Source: Bdellovibrionota bacterium (GTDB lineage: Bacteria; Bdellovibrionota_C; UBA2361; OMIW01). From it: a stretch of DNA of 37,678 bases. The stretch is taken from positions 1 through 37,678 of the forward strand of contig JBIJBT010000021.1 in the NCBI GenBank assembly GCA_044345055.1, given 5' to 3'. The notes beneath the pieces are model-generated. The model saw only the letters and a program-made list of their open reading frames with translations, ran no database searches and was not told where the DNA came from. Of the stretch, positions 19,020-28,601 are shown piece by piece (position 1 is the stretch's first letter; every line of letters begins with the position of its first letter). A program made the translations under genes and the position numbers.

Positions 19020-20246
19020 TCAAGTTTGATCACGAATAACCGAGCCAATAGCCTCTGCAACATACCCGACATTTCGTTCGTTGAGAGCGGCAACACAGAT
19101 TCGGCCAGAGCGAACAAGATATATCCCGAATCTATCGCGGAGCTTTTCCACAGCGCTCTCCGACAGACCAGAGTAGGTGAACATTCCACGATGTTCAACG
19201 ATAAAGGAAAAATCTTGCCCTAGTCCCATTCCGCCTAAAGTTGTCGCAAGGCTATTTCTCTGCTCACGTATACGTGTACGCATCTCGGTTAGTTGCGATA
19301 TCCACGAGGCGGTGAGCTGCTGGTCAGAAAGCACCTCTGCAACGATCGAGGCTCCGTGAACAGGCGGACTTGAATAGTTGCCCCGAATGAGCCGCTTCCA
19401 CTGCGACAGCATACGGTGAGCAGTGCCGGTATCGGGCCCGACAAATGACAGTAGCCCGACTCGCTCGGAGTAAAGACCAAAATTTTTAGAGCAAGACGTT
19501 GCAACAAATAGGGGAATCTGTCGCTCTGCAAAAAGTCTTACAGCGAATGCATCCTCCTCTGGACCATCACCAAATCCCTGATAGGCCATATCGAGAAAAG
19601 CAATTGCTCGACGAGCTTCGAGAATATCAGCTATCGATCGCCACTGTTCAGGAGATGGATCAACACCTGAAGGGTTGTGACAACAGGCGTGAAGAAGAAC
19701 CACCGAGCCCTCAGTAATTTGCTCGAGCGAATTGAGCATACCAGTGAAATCAAGTCGCTTAGTAGTCGGGTCAAAATAGGGATAGAAAGCAACCTTCAAA
19801 CCGGCTCGCTCAAAAATTGCCTGGTGATTAGCCCACGAAGGATCGCTCAGATATATGGTTGCTTGAGGATTGCTGAACGCTAGAAGATCTGCTCCGAGTC
19901 GGAGCGCGCCACTTCCCGCGATAGTTTGCGCCGAGACAACTCGGCCATCTTTCCTCGCCGAGCTGTCCTTGCCAAATACGAGCTCCTCCATTTTATCCCG
20001 AAATGCCGCATGACCCTCGATTGGCAGGTACGAGCGCGATGCCGCCTTCGCGACAAGCCTCTCCTCAGCAGCACGTACAGCATCAAGAAGCGGCACCGCC
20101 CCAGCACTATTTTGATAAACCCCAATTCCCAGATTGACCTTTTCGGGCCGAGGATCGCGCCGAAAAGCCTCCGATAGCCCTAAAATTGGATCATCTGGGG
20201 CTGTAGGTAAATCCGCGAATGGATGAAAAAGGAGGGGAAGAGTCAT
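19020..20246 (-). CDS. aspC: Aspartate/aromatic amino acid aminotransferase (class I, AspC/TyrB type)
   Basis: DPILGL, KVNLGIGVY, LLHACCHNPSG, DMAYQGFG, SCSKNFGLYSERVG (PLP Lys) and SGRICVA. AspC and TyrB cannot be told apart from motifs. Confidence 0.93.
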   Translation of the reverse strand: MTLPLLFHPFADLPTAPDDPILGLSEAFRRDPRPEKVNLGIGVYQNSAGAVPLLDAVRAAEERLVAKAASRSYLPIEGHAAFRDKMEELVFGKDSSARKDGRVVSAQTIAGSGALRLGADLLAFSNPQATIYLSDPSWANHQAIFERAGLKVAFYPYFDPTTKRLDFTGMLNSLEQITEGSVVLLHACCHNPSGVDPSPEQWRSIADILEARRAIAFLDMAYQGFGDGPEEDAFAVRLFAERQIPLFVATSCSKNFGLYSERVGLLSFVGPDTGTAHRMLSQWKRLIRGNYSSPPVHGASIVAEVLSDQQLTASWISQLTEMRTRIREQRNSLATTLGGMGLGQDFSFIVEHRGMFTYSGLSESAVEKLRDRFGIYLVRSGRICVAALNERNVGYVAEAIGSVIRDQT

Positions 20247-20808
20247 AGGTTCGCTCCCTTACAATGTGGTTTATATCGGCATTACCTTGCCATTCGAGTG
20301 AATTTTATGCAAACGGCGAGAGATAATTGGTGGGTAGCGACGGGAAAGTAGGCGAATGTGTGGGCTCGTTAGTTTAGGCGCATATAGCGTATTCCCGAGA
20401 TATCTCAGTGATGCTACCGGACCGCTGATCCAAAAGTGCTCCATAGCTGAATACGACACGGATCGTTTGACCGTTCGCGAACCCGCGTTGGTGCGAAGCG
20501 GTCTGTTTTTTGGTCGTATGTCCATCCCCAAAACTCTTGATGGCGGAAGGGGGCAACTTGATTGATCGTTGTTCGTAGTTGGCTGCAGGCAAGTAGCGGA
20601 ACGGGAGGTCTCTATATCTCAGAGGTGTAGAGGTACGGGGACATATGGTTGCACAGATGTCAATTGTCAGCAAAAACGGCTGGGGTGGAGCTCGAGGCTC
20701 TGGAACGGTTGAAACGTTTAATTGGCTTCTAGTGCTTGGTTGAATAAGTGCCGGTTATCAGAATCACTAAACAAGGAGGGCGGTGCCACGAGCATAAATC
20801 TCAGCGAC

Positions 20809-20925
20809 ATAAAAGCGGAAGGGCGCAAGCCCTCGGGTGCGCAGTTGATAGCCGCGCCAAAATAAATAGTTTTGCCACCCCGCGGGACAATGCTTACCGG
20901 ACGGCTTGCGCCGTTCCGCTTTTAT
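20809..20925. repeat. REP/REPIN-like inverted doublet
   Basis: ATAAAAGCGGAAGGGCGCAAGCCCTCGGG (20809-20837) vs reverse complement of 20897-20925 ATAAAAGCGGAACGGCGCAAGCCGTCCGG, 26/29 identical. Each arm is itself a GCAA-tetraloop hairpin. Confidence 0.8.
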
Positions 20926-20989
20926 CAAGGCCTTACCCGAAAGGTCTCTCGTCTCTGGGGGATAGAGAAATTCGGAAGGGTTGAGTCGC

Positions 20990-22480
20990 TTAATTAGCGT
21001 TTAGCTTTTTTACCATTGCTCTATCCGCATTACCCGCAGTTTTTTGGCCAAGGGCATCTTTGACAATCGCCCGGGATTCGTAAAAAGTCGCTACCTTCGA
21101 ATCCAACTCAATAGCTTTATCAAAGTCCCTAATCGCTTCGAAGAATTGCCCGAGGGCAGACTTTGCAATACCACGGGACCAATATGCCCACTCCCAGTTG
21201 GGATCTAATTCGATACCTTTATCGTAGTCCTTGATGGCCTCAACCTGCTGCTTGAGGTCGGCTTTCGTATCCCCTCGGAAATCATAGGCCGATGCGCATT
21301 CTTGATCGAAGTATGATTTCATGTCAGTAGGGACTGATGAAGCCCGCGTGAGACATATATCGATAGCTCTGTCATAGTCCTTGATCGCTTCAAAGTACAG
21401 CTTAATATAGCCTTTCGCTTTACCTCGAGAAACGTATCCCGTTATGAATTTCGGAGCTAACTCGATCACCTTGTCGAAGTCTTTGATAGCCTCCTCATAC
21501 TGATTGAGACTAACCTTGGCATCCCCTCGCGATTGGTAGGCCGAACTTGACGTTGGATCCAGCTCGATAGCTTTATCGAAGTCTTTAATAGCCTCGAAAT
21601 ACTGCTTTGCCCGACTTTTGAGATTGCCTCGTAGCACGTATAAATAGTCTCTTTTCGGATCTAACTCAATCAATTTGTCGTAGACCTTGATGGCTTCGTC
21701 GTATTTACCGAGGCGAAGCTTTGTATCATGGATCTCAGCCGAGTAAGAGTAAAAGCTTAAAAGCTCGGGATCCAAATCAATCGCCTTATTATAGTCCTCA
21801 TTAGCCTCAGCATAATGCTCGAGCCTACGCTTGGCCTCTGCTCGATCAAAGAACGGCTTCGCAAACTTGGGATCTAAATCAATCGCCCTGTCATAGTCCT
21901 TTATCGCCTCAGTGTACAGTTCGAGCTCAGCTTTTGCATTCCCTCGCGAACTGTAATCATATTTTCTTAACTCCGATGGTCGTCCCTCAATAGCCTTATC
22001 AAAATCCTTGTTGGCTTCAGGATATTGTTTAAGCTTAAACTTTGCCTTTGCTCGCGACAGGTACTCGTTTATCGGTACTAACCCTGGTTCCTCCAGCTCT
22101 ATGGCCCTATCATAGTCCTTAATCGCATCAGGATACTGCTTAAGAGCATACTTTGCATCTCCGCGATCCTTAAACACGACCGGGCACTTCCCCGATATAT
22201 TTTTTGCCCCCAGACCTATAGTACAACGATCTCCATTCTGCGACCCCAACTCAATCGCTTTATCGAAGTCCTTGATAGCCTCGGAGTAATTCCGCTGATG
22301 AAGAGCTCTATCTTTACCCCGCTGCCAGTAAGCTTCCGCATTCGTCGGATCTTTTTCAATCTCCTTATCCCAACCCTGCCAACCAAAATATTCCTCCTCT
22401 CCTACCACCACTCCCGAAACACACACCGCCCCTAAAATAGAGATCCCTGCCACCAACCTCTTCGCTTTGCCTCTGAACAT
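20990..22480 (-). CDS. Exported tetratricopeptide-repeat protein
   Basis: About a dozen TPR units of type AY..RG.AK..L.QY.EAIKD(Y/F)DKAIELDP; N-terminal signal or anchor MFRGKAKRLVAGISILGAVCVSG; RBS AGAGGGG before ATG 22480. Confidence 0.93.
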   Translation of the reverse strand: MFRGKAKRLVAGISILGAVCVSGVVVGEEEYFGWQGWDKEIEKDPTNAEAYWQRGKDRALHQRNYSEAIKDFDKAIELGSQNGDRCTIGLGAKNISGKCPVVFKDRGDAKYALKQYPDAIKDYDRAIELEEPGLVPINEYLSRAKAKFKLKQYPEANKDFDKAIEGRPSELRKYDYSSRGNAKAELELYTEAIKDYDRAIDLDPKFAKPFFDRAEAKRRLEHYAEANEDYNKAIDLDPELLSFYSYSAEIHDTKLRLGKYDEAIKVYDKLIELDPKRDYLYVLRGNLKSRAKQYFEAIKDFDKAIELDPTSSSAYQSRGDAKVSLNQYEEAIKDFDKVIELAPKFITGYVSRGKAKGYIKLYFEAIKDYDRAIDICLTRASSVPTDMKSYFDQECASAYDFRGDTKADLKQQVEAIKDYDKGIELDPNWEWAYWSRGIAKSALGQFFEAIRDFDKAIELDSKVATFYESRAIVKDALGQKTAGNADRAMVKKLNAN

Positions 22481-22620
22481 AATCCCCTCTGACTGTCCAA
22501 TATCCCTGATCGCACTGACATTCCGTACAGTACACAACAGACCACCGCCTCGATAAATTAACCCAATTACGCCAATTAAGCGATAACCACTTACCCCCGT
22601 GCCTCTACCGAACCTCTATT

Positions 22621-22777
22621 GCTCTGAGATAAAGAGATCCGGGATAAAGAGATCCGGGAGATCCGGGAGATCCGGGATAAAGAGATCCGGGGTCTCGTGC
22701 ATCTAGGGCTCTGAGAAAAAGAGGTCGAGAGGTCGGAGGCTCTGAGAAAAAGAGGTCAGAGAAAAAGAGGTCGGAGG
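22621..22777. repeat. Nested tandem-repeat cluster
   Basis: GATAAAGAGATCCGG at 22628, 22643 and 22676; GAGATCCGG at 22658 and 22667; GCTCTGAGAWAAAGAGRTC at 22621, 22708 and 22739; a further GAGAAAAAGAGGTC at ~22759. Confidence 0.9.
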
Positions 22778-23227
22778 TTCCCGGCTCGAAGGTGATTTGT
22801 TGCTTTACCGTTAAATTCGCATTGAGAGGTAAGGTAGATATCGACATAGTCTCCTTCGCGAATCCCACCCAAAACACCTTTGCTGGTCCGGGAGTTCCTT
22901 GATACAGTCTCAGATACTGCGGTACCTCCATGAGACCTGAAGACCTCCATTGCAGCTCAGAAGTTAGGGGAGTATCCTTGCTTCTTACGGGTAGGAGTTT
23001 TGCGAGGCAATCTCTTGAGAAGCGATACCCCAAACGTCGATGCCGCCGTTCGGCCGATATCGACTGCCGGACCGCTAGGTCTGGGGTGGGTGCGAGAAAA
23101 GACTAACCTTCTTTTTTAGCATCTACTGTCTGCGAAACAATAAGGAAGGGTTGCTCACCCTTCGGTCACCGGCTGTGTCGTCTGGCCAACGGTGATGTTT
23201 CGTCTTATCCCCCTTCATGTGTTCTGT

Positions 23228-25153
23228 ATGACCCCTTCTTCAAAACAATCTGCTCACGGGCAAAATAGCTCGACGGTCTCTCGTACCCTTGGACTTTCGC
23301 TTGGCGCAATCGGTGTCGTGTATGGCGACATCGGAACGAGTCCTCTTTATGCGGTTCGAGAATGTTTTAACCATCATCATCAGGTCGCCGTCACACCTGA
23401 TGCCGTCTTTGGAATCATCTCTCTTGTTTTGTGGGCTCTGATAGCGATTGTATCGCTCAAATACCTTTCGATCGTTCTTCAGGCTGATAACCATGGTGAA
23501 GGGGGAATACTCGCCCTGATGGCGCTTGCTGTTCGCGGGCGTAAGCACTCAGCGCGGATGAGAAACCTCTTTGTTATGTTTGGTCTCTTTGGAGCTGCAT
23601 TGCTTTATGGTGACGGTATGATTACCCCAGCCATCTCCGTCATGAGTGCTGTTGAGGGGCTAAACCTTGTAACAAAACGGTTTGAGTCCTCAGTTCAGTT
23701 GGTGACGATTCTAATTTTGATTGGGGTCTTTGCAATCCAACATAAAGGCACCGGAAAAGTCGGGAAATTCTTCGGTCCGATCATATGTGTGTGGTTCGTC
23801 TTTATGGCGTATATCGGAATACCCTCGGTGATAGCATCGCCAGAAATTTTGCAGGCGTTTAACCCGCTCCTTGGATTATCCTTCCTCACGACTCACGGGA
23901 AAGATGCATTCGTCGCATTGGGAGCTGTTTTTCTTGCAGTCACTGGGACCGAGGCTTTGTACGCTGATATGGGGCATTTTGGACGAGGCCCGATTCGGTA
24001 CGGGTGGTTTTGCCTGGTGTTCCCTGCGTTAATTTTGAACTATCTCGGTCAGGGCGCTCTCTTGCTTCGGCAACCGGAATTAGTATCGCAGCCCTTTTTC
24101 CACCTAGTTCCAGAGCCTCTCTTGATTCCGGCTGTCATACTGGCAACGATGGCAACGGTGATTGCATCACAGGCCCTAATTTCGGGCTGTTTCTCCCTCT
24201 CAAATCAAGCCGTTCAGCTTGGGTATCTACCTCGATTGCCAATTCGCCACACCTCAGGAAGTGAGATGGGGCAAGTTTATATTCCGTGGGTGAATTACGG
24301 AATGCTCTTGGGCTGTTGTATGCTCGTTGCTCTTTTTAGCTCATCGAGTGGACTTGCGGCAGCGTACGGTATTGCGGTCGCGCTAACTATGTCACTAACG
24401 ACTATTTTGGTTTCGGTGGTGGCTCGGCGATGGTGGCGGTGGAGCTGGTGGAGGATTACAGCTGTTCTTGGAGCTTATCTAATAATAGACCTAGTTTTTG
24501 TCGTATCAAATAGCGCCAAACTCCTCGATGGCGGTATAGTGCCGCTCATAATGGCTGGGTTCATTATTCTTTTGATGACAACCTGGAAGACCGGAAAGGC
24601 ACTTCTTTGGAATCATATTCGTGACAGAGTTCCACCGATAGGGAGCCTCGCAGGAGAGATTGAGCGAATATCACCAACAGTGGTCGAGGGTACCGCAATA
24701 TTCCTCGTGCGCGATCCAAGCCTTACGCCCGCGGCGCTTACCTACAATATGCGCCACAATAAGGTGCTACACTCGCGCAATCTTTTATTGACGGTCAAAC
24801 CGAGCGATGTCCCGTGGTGGAGCGATGATGAGACGCGAGTCTCTCTTGAGCATCTTCAGTGGTATCACGGAGCGAGCTTCGTTCGTTGTATCGTTAATCA
24901 GGGTTTCATGGAGAACGTCGATCTCTCAAAGGTGCTTGCCCCCTATTTAAGTCCTGAAGTTTTGGCGGAGGACCCGAATGATGTCACCTATTTTGTCGAC
25001 CGAGTGACTCCAGTAGCAGACTCTATTCCGGGAATGGCAATCTGGCGAGAAAAACTCTTTTGTTTCATGAATCATAATGCCGAGCAGCCGACCGAATTTT
25101 TTAAATTACCAATTCATCGGGTCATGGAGATAGGGCTTCGGATAGAGATTTAA
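23228..25153 (+). CDS. kup: Potassium transporter Kup (KUP/HAK/KT family)
   Basis: GVVYGDIGTSPLYA, ADNHGEGGILAL, YGDGMITPAISV, GTEALYADMGHFG, GQVYIP and HNKVLH. Start uncertain (23192-23228). Confidence 0.97.
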   Translation: MTPSSKQSAHGQNSSTVSRTLGLSLGAIGVVYGDIGTSPLYAVRECFNHHHQVAVTPDAVFGIISLVLWALIAIVSLKYLSIVLQADNHGEGGILALMALAVRGRKHSARMRNLFVMFGLFGAALLYGDGMITPAISVMSAVEGLNLVTKRFESSVQLVTILILIGVFAIQHKGTGKVGKFFGPIICVWFVFMAYIGIPSVIASPEILQAFNPLLGLSFLTTHGKDAFVALGAVFLAVTGTEALYADMGHFGRGPIRYGWFCLVFPALILNYLGQGALLLRQPELVSQPFFHLVPEPLLIPAVILATMATVIASQALISGCFSLSNQAVQLGYLPRLPIRHTSGSEMGQVYIPWVNYGMLLGCCMLVALFSSSSGLAAAYGIAVALTMSLTTILVSVVARRWWRWSWWRITAVLGAYLIIDLVFVVSNSAKLLDGGIVPLIMAGFIILLMTTWKTGKALLWNHIRDRVPPIGSLAGEIERISPTVVEGTAIFLVRDPSLTPAALTYNMRHNKVLHSRNLLLTVKPSDVPWWSDDETRVSLEHLQWYHGASFVRCIVNQGFMENVDLSKVLAPYLSPEVLAEDPNDVTYFVDRVTPVADSIPGMAIWREKLFCFMNHNAEQPTEFFKLPIHRVMEIGLRIEI

Positions 25154-25203
25154 TCCCTGTTCACCACGCACCGAGTCGAAAGAACTTTTCAACATAAGTA
25201 GTT

Positions 25204-25240
25204 GGCCCTGAAAAACCTCTCCATGGGTTTTTCAGGGACC
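25204..25240 (+). terminator. Hairpin downstream of kup, probable terminator
   Basis: CCCTGAAAAACC (25206-25217) / GGTTTTTCAGGG (25226-25237) perfect 12-bp stem; no strong U-tract. Confidence 0.55.
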
Positions 25241-25287
25241 ACTAAGTAAACGATTCGGCGCTGTAGCTCGGATAACCCAGGATTCGC

Positions 25288-27885
25288 ATGTCAGAGCCTC
25301 GCAAAGACTTCGCTCTTCCAGTCGAAGAGGTCGCAGGCTCATTTAACGCCGCGATAGAATCACATCCAGTCGTCGTTGTTTCCTCGCCTCCTGGTAGTGG
25401 AAAAACGACGATGGTTCCGATTTTTTTGCGTAATCTCAACCCCGAGAAAGAGATTTGGGTTGTACAACCCCGTCGGATTGCGGCGGTGATGGCTGCCCAT
25501 CAAATCGCCCGTACGATTGGCCAGTCAGTGGGGGAGGAGGTCGGTTATCATATTAGGTTCGAGAGTGTTGCATCGCAAAAAACCAGCATTCGGTGCATGA
25601 CGGATGGTGTATTGTTGCGTCGTTTGCTCGACCCACAGCTCGGACGAAAGGTCGCTGCTATCTGTCTCGATGAGTTTCACGAACGTTCTCTCGCGATGGA
25701 TATTGCTGCATGGTGGTTTCGCCGTGCAATTTCTCCGACAAAGATGTCACTGCCTCGGCTGGTGATTCTGTCAGCGACCCTTGAACGGGAGCGATTAGAG
25801 AGCTATTTCCCTGAGCTCGCCTGGATTGAAGCACCTGGGCTCTCCCATCCTGTAACAACGCACTGGGGTGCTGAGCATGAGACTCGATCTCTTGAAGAGC
25901 AGATGGTAGGCGCAATACGGCGCGCTGTTGAAGAGACAGCAGGAAGCCTACTGTGCTTTCTTCCAACGGTCCGCTCAATTGAGGAGTGTATTCGGATATC
26001 CGCCCCTTTTTTAAAGGGAAAATCTTTAGAGCTTCTTCCGCTTCACGGAGGACTTTCCGTTGGAGAGCAGGAGCGAGCAGTGCGGCGAGGCGACGTTCGT
26101 CGTATCATTTTTGCCACTAATATCGCAGAAAGTTCACTGACCGTTGAGGGGGTGGATTGTGTCATTGACTCTGGTCTTGCCCGAATGCAATGCCCAGATA
26201 GTTCAGGTAGTTCACGACTCTCGGTCGAGCGAATAAGTCGTGCATCGTGTATTCAGCGAGCAGGTCGGGCAGGTCGGGAGGGACCAGGTGTGGTGCATCG
26301 CCTGTATCCGGCCCTAGACTTTTCATTGAGAAGAGCGGTTGAGCTGCCCGAGGTGCGTACTAAAGAGGCCACCGCACTTCTGCTCTGGCTTGCACTATTA
26401 GGGGGCGATGAGAGCGATACTCCTCTTATCGATGAACCCTCTCCTGAGGCAAAAGAATTGGCCTACAAGCTCCTGCAGCTCTGGGGGTTGATCGATTCGG
26501 ATGACGCTATTACCGAGCGCGGTCGAAGCGTTGCAATGATGCCCATTGAGCCGAGAGTTGGAGCGTTTATTTCATTCGCGTTGGAATCGGGTGCGGATGA
26601 AACCGCTCTTTGGGTTGCCGCAGTCCTCGGGAGCGATGATGGTAATATTAAGCGAAATAGCACATTCGCCTCGCAGAAGTCCTCGCAGAGTAAAACTTCG
26701 CAAATAAAAACAGACCGGCGGGAGAGCTCGAATCATAGAGATGAAGCGCAAGAGTGCGATCTACTTGGTGCGGTCGAGAATGCCCAACAGGCTCGCCAAC
26801 CCGATTTATTAAGGCTTGTTGCACAGCTTCAAAAAATCTGTGTGACTCATCAAAGCTACCCGATACATCAGGCTCAAAAGAAGCCTAGTTCGGACACTAT
26901 TGTACGAGCGCTCGTTCAGGCGTTCCCCGATCGAGTAGCAGTGCGTCGTCAAGAAACCGATGAGTATCTCTTCGCAACGGGCGAGCGAGCAGTTTTAAGC
27001 CGCTACTCTCGCGCCAAAAATTCACGTCTTATAGTGGTCACAGATCTGCAATCAGGAGGGACAAAGCTCGGTTCTCCGGGCATCACGATCACTCGAGCAA
27101 CTCCGATCGAAGAGGAGATGTTGTTCGACCTATATCCCAACATCCTTACATCGCGAACTGGATACGAATGGAATGAAGATGGTGCGCGAGTTGAAAAAAT
27201 ATCAGAGAGCTGTTTTTGGTCGGCTCCGATAGAAACAGTTCGCCATCCAGCAGCAGCGGGAGATGAAGCTGGGGGTCTGTTGCTCGGCGCCGAACTTCGC
27301 AGACGGGGTTTGCGATGGATTATTAATGACGAAAAGCTCCGCTCACTACTTGGCCGGCTCGCTATCGCCACTGCACCGGCGGGCCTGTTTTCAGCCATTT
27401 CAGCTTCAGAAACTGATCTTATAGAGTGGATAGCGACCTTTCCACATCGTGCCGTATCTCACCGCCAGCTTACTTCATGGATTGAGAATGGCGGGTTTTT
27501 TACGGTGCTGGGTGAGCATCTTGGCTATCAATGGCGCGAAAAACTCAATGAGTGGTGTCCTGAAACAATACCGCTCCCAGGCAGGGCACACACCACAATT
27601 CACTACGAGCCAGGTCAGGCTCCTGTCGTGATGTCTCGCATTCAAGATTTTTTCGGGGCAGGGGAGCTTCCTAGGATTGCGGGTGGAACGCACCCGCTCC
27701 GCATTCACCTTCTTGCACCAAATGGCCGAACAGTGCAGGTGACGGAGAACCTGAAAACCTTCTGGTCTCTTCATTATCCGACCCTTCGAAAGCAGCTCCA
27801 AAGCCGCTATCCGCGGCACCGCTGGCCTGATGATCCAACGCAGCCGTGCCCTCCACCTCAAAGAGGTTCCTCTGCCAGCCGTTAA
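25288..27885 (+). CDS. hrpB: ATP-dependent DEAH-box helicase HrpB
   Basis: PPGSGKTT, QPRRIAA, DEFHERS, SAT, ATNIAESSLT and QRAGRAGR; HrpB C-terminus LLAPNGRTVQVT and RYPRHRWPDDP. Confidence 0.95.
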   Translation: MSEPRKDFALPVEEVAGSFNAAIESHPVVVVSSPPGSGKTTMVPIFLRNLNPEKEIWVVQPRRIAAVMAAHQIARTIGQSVGEEVGYHIRFESVASQKTSIRCMTDGVLLRRLLDPQLGRKVAAICLDEFHERSLAMDIAAWWFRRAISPTKMSLPRLVILSATLERERLESYFPELAWIEAPGLSHPVTTHWGAEHETRSLEEQMVGAIRRAVEETAGSLLCFLPTVRSIEECIRISAPFLKGKSLELLPLHGGLSVGEQERAVRRGDVRRIIFATNIAESSLTVEGVDCVIDSGLARMQCPDSSGSSRLSVERISRASCIQRAGRAGREGPGVVHRLYPALDFSLRRAVELPEVRTKEATALLLWLALLGGDESDTPLIDEPSPEAKELAYKLLQLWGLIDSDDAITERGRSVAMMPIEPRVGAFISFALESGADETALWVAAVLGSDDGNIKRNSTFASQKSSQSKTSQIKTDRRESSNHRDEAQECDLLGAVENAQQARQPDLLRLVAQLQKICVTHQSYPIHQAQKKPSSDTIVRALVQAFPDRVAVRRQETDEYLFATGERAVLSRYSRAKNSRLIVVTDLQSGGTKLGSPGITITRATPIEEEMLFDLYPNILTSRTGYEWNEDGARVEKISESCFWSAPIETVRHPAAAGDEAGGLLLGAELRRRGLRWIINDEKLRSLLGRLAIATAPAGLFSAISASETDLIEWIATFPHRAVSHRQLTSWIENGGFFTVLGEHLGYQWREKLNEWCPETIPLPGRAHTTIHYEPGQAPVVMSRIQDFFGAGELPRIAGGTHPLRIHLLAPNGRTVQVTENLKTFWSLHYPTLRKQLQSRYPRHRWPDDPTQPCPPPQRGSSASR

Positions 27886-28013
27886 TCGTCAACTAGGTGT
27901 ATTAAAAGTATTTTGAGAGTAATGACGAACTCGGCCAAAGACGACGAAAGAAAGGGTGCTCTCTGAGTCACGTTTAAGATTTTTGCGTCGATTGTATCAT
28001 CGGAATGCACCGT

Positions 28014-28601
28014 CTAACGCGCGGGAGCGCATAGACGGTCAAGCATGATTGCGCAGGCCGATCGAACCGAAAGATGGTTGTAGGGAGTGGGGCCACAAAT
28101 TGGTTCAAGAAAAAAATCAGCTCGGTCCAGCAGAGGCTGACTCATTCCCCATCCAGTGCCAAGCATCAAGAGGAACGGCTGCTCGGAGCTTGCGAGAAGC
28201 TCTCTTCCCTGCGAAAACGACACTCTATCACCACCTCCTTTTGCAGAGGTCGCAATAAGCTGTGGTAGTTTCCCGGTATGATGATGAATATCAGCAATCA
28301 CCTCATCGAGTGATGCAACAACTCTGATATGTTCGAGTGCTTCCTTGCGATTTGGATTGTAGGTCGCACCAAAACCCTCTTCCCAGTGCATTTTAAGTGT
28401 TCTTGCGAGTGCTCGCATCGGAGCCGCTGGGTGGGAAATGTAGGTCGCAGAAACACCATAGGTGCGCGCGCTACGCGCGATATCATGGAGATCAATAAGG
28501 GTGAGCGATGTTGTTACATCCGCCCCCGTCTTATCGACCATATCAGCGTGCAAAAGAACAACAAAAAGATTCATGGCAACGGACGATTCAGATTTAATCA
28601 T
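28014..28601 (-). CDS. SPOUT-class SAM-dependent RNA methyltransferase (DUF2168/Methyltrn_RNA_4 type)
   Basis: DLHDIARSARTYG, GATYNPNRKEAL, ATSA, LGTGWG and YNHLSVRSACAIMLDRL. ATG overlaps the trmD stop; alternative start 28574. Confidence 0.9.
   Translation of the reverse strand: MIKSESSVAMNLFVVLLHADMVDKTGADVTTSLTLIDLHDIARSARTYGVSATYISHPAAPMRALARTLKMHWEEGFGATYNPNRKEALEHIRVVASLDEVIADIHHHTGKLPQLIATSAKGGGDRVSFSQGRELLASSEQPFLLMLGTGWGMSQPLLDRADFFLEPICGPTPYNHLSVRSACAIMLDRLCAPAR

Noticed and set aside
20271..20984. Short ORFs (69-99 aa) between aspC and the TPR gene
   Set aside because: Mutually overlapping, no recognisable motifs, and one runs through the REP doublet; likely spurious.
22621..22777. 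Possible CRISPR array
   Set aside because: Units are 9-19 bp, head-to-tail or nested, without unique regular spacers; no cas genes in the window.
22605..23033. 142-aa minus-strand ORF with PGSLY and SDLFF repeats
   Set aside because: The peptide repeats are just the translation of the DNA tandem cluster; no RBS or recognisable domain.
23034..23227. c-di-AMP (ydaO) riboswitch upstream of kup
   Set aside because: Expected by context, but I could not find the conserved ydaO motifs (GCTGAATCC, GGGGTGAATC, CCCGTCAGCTAAC-like).
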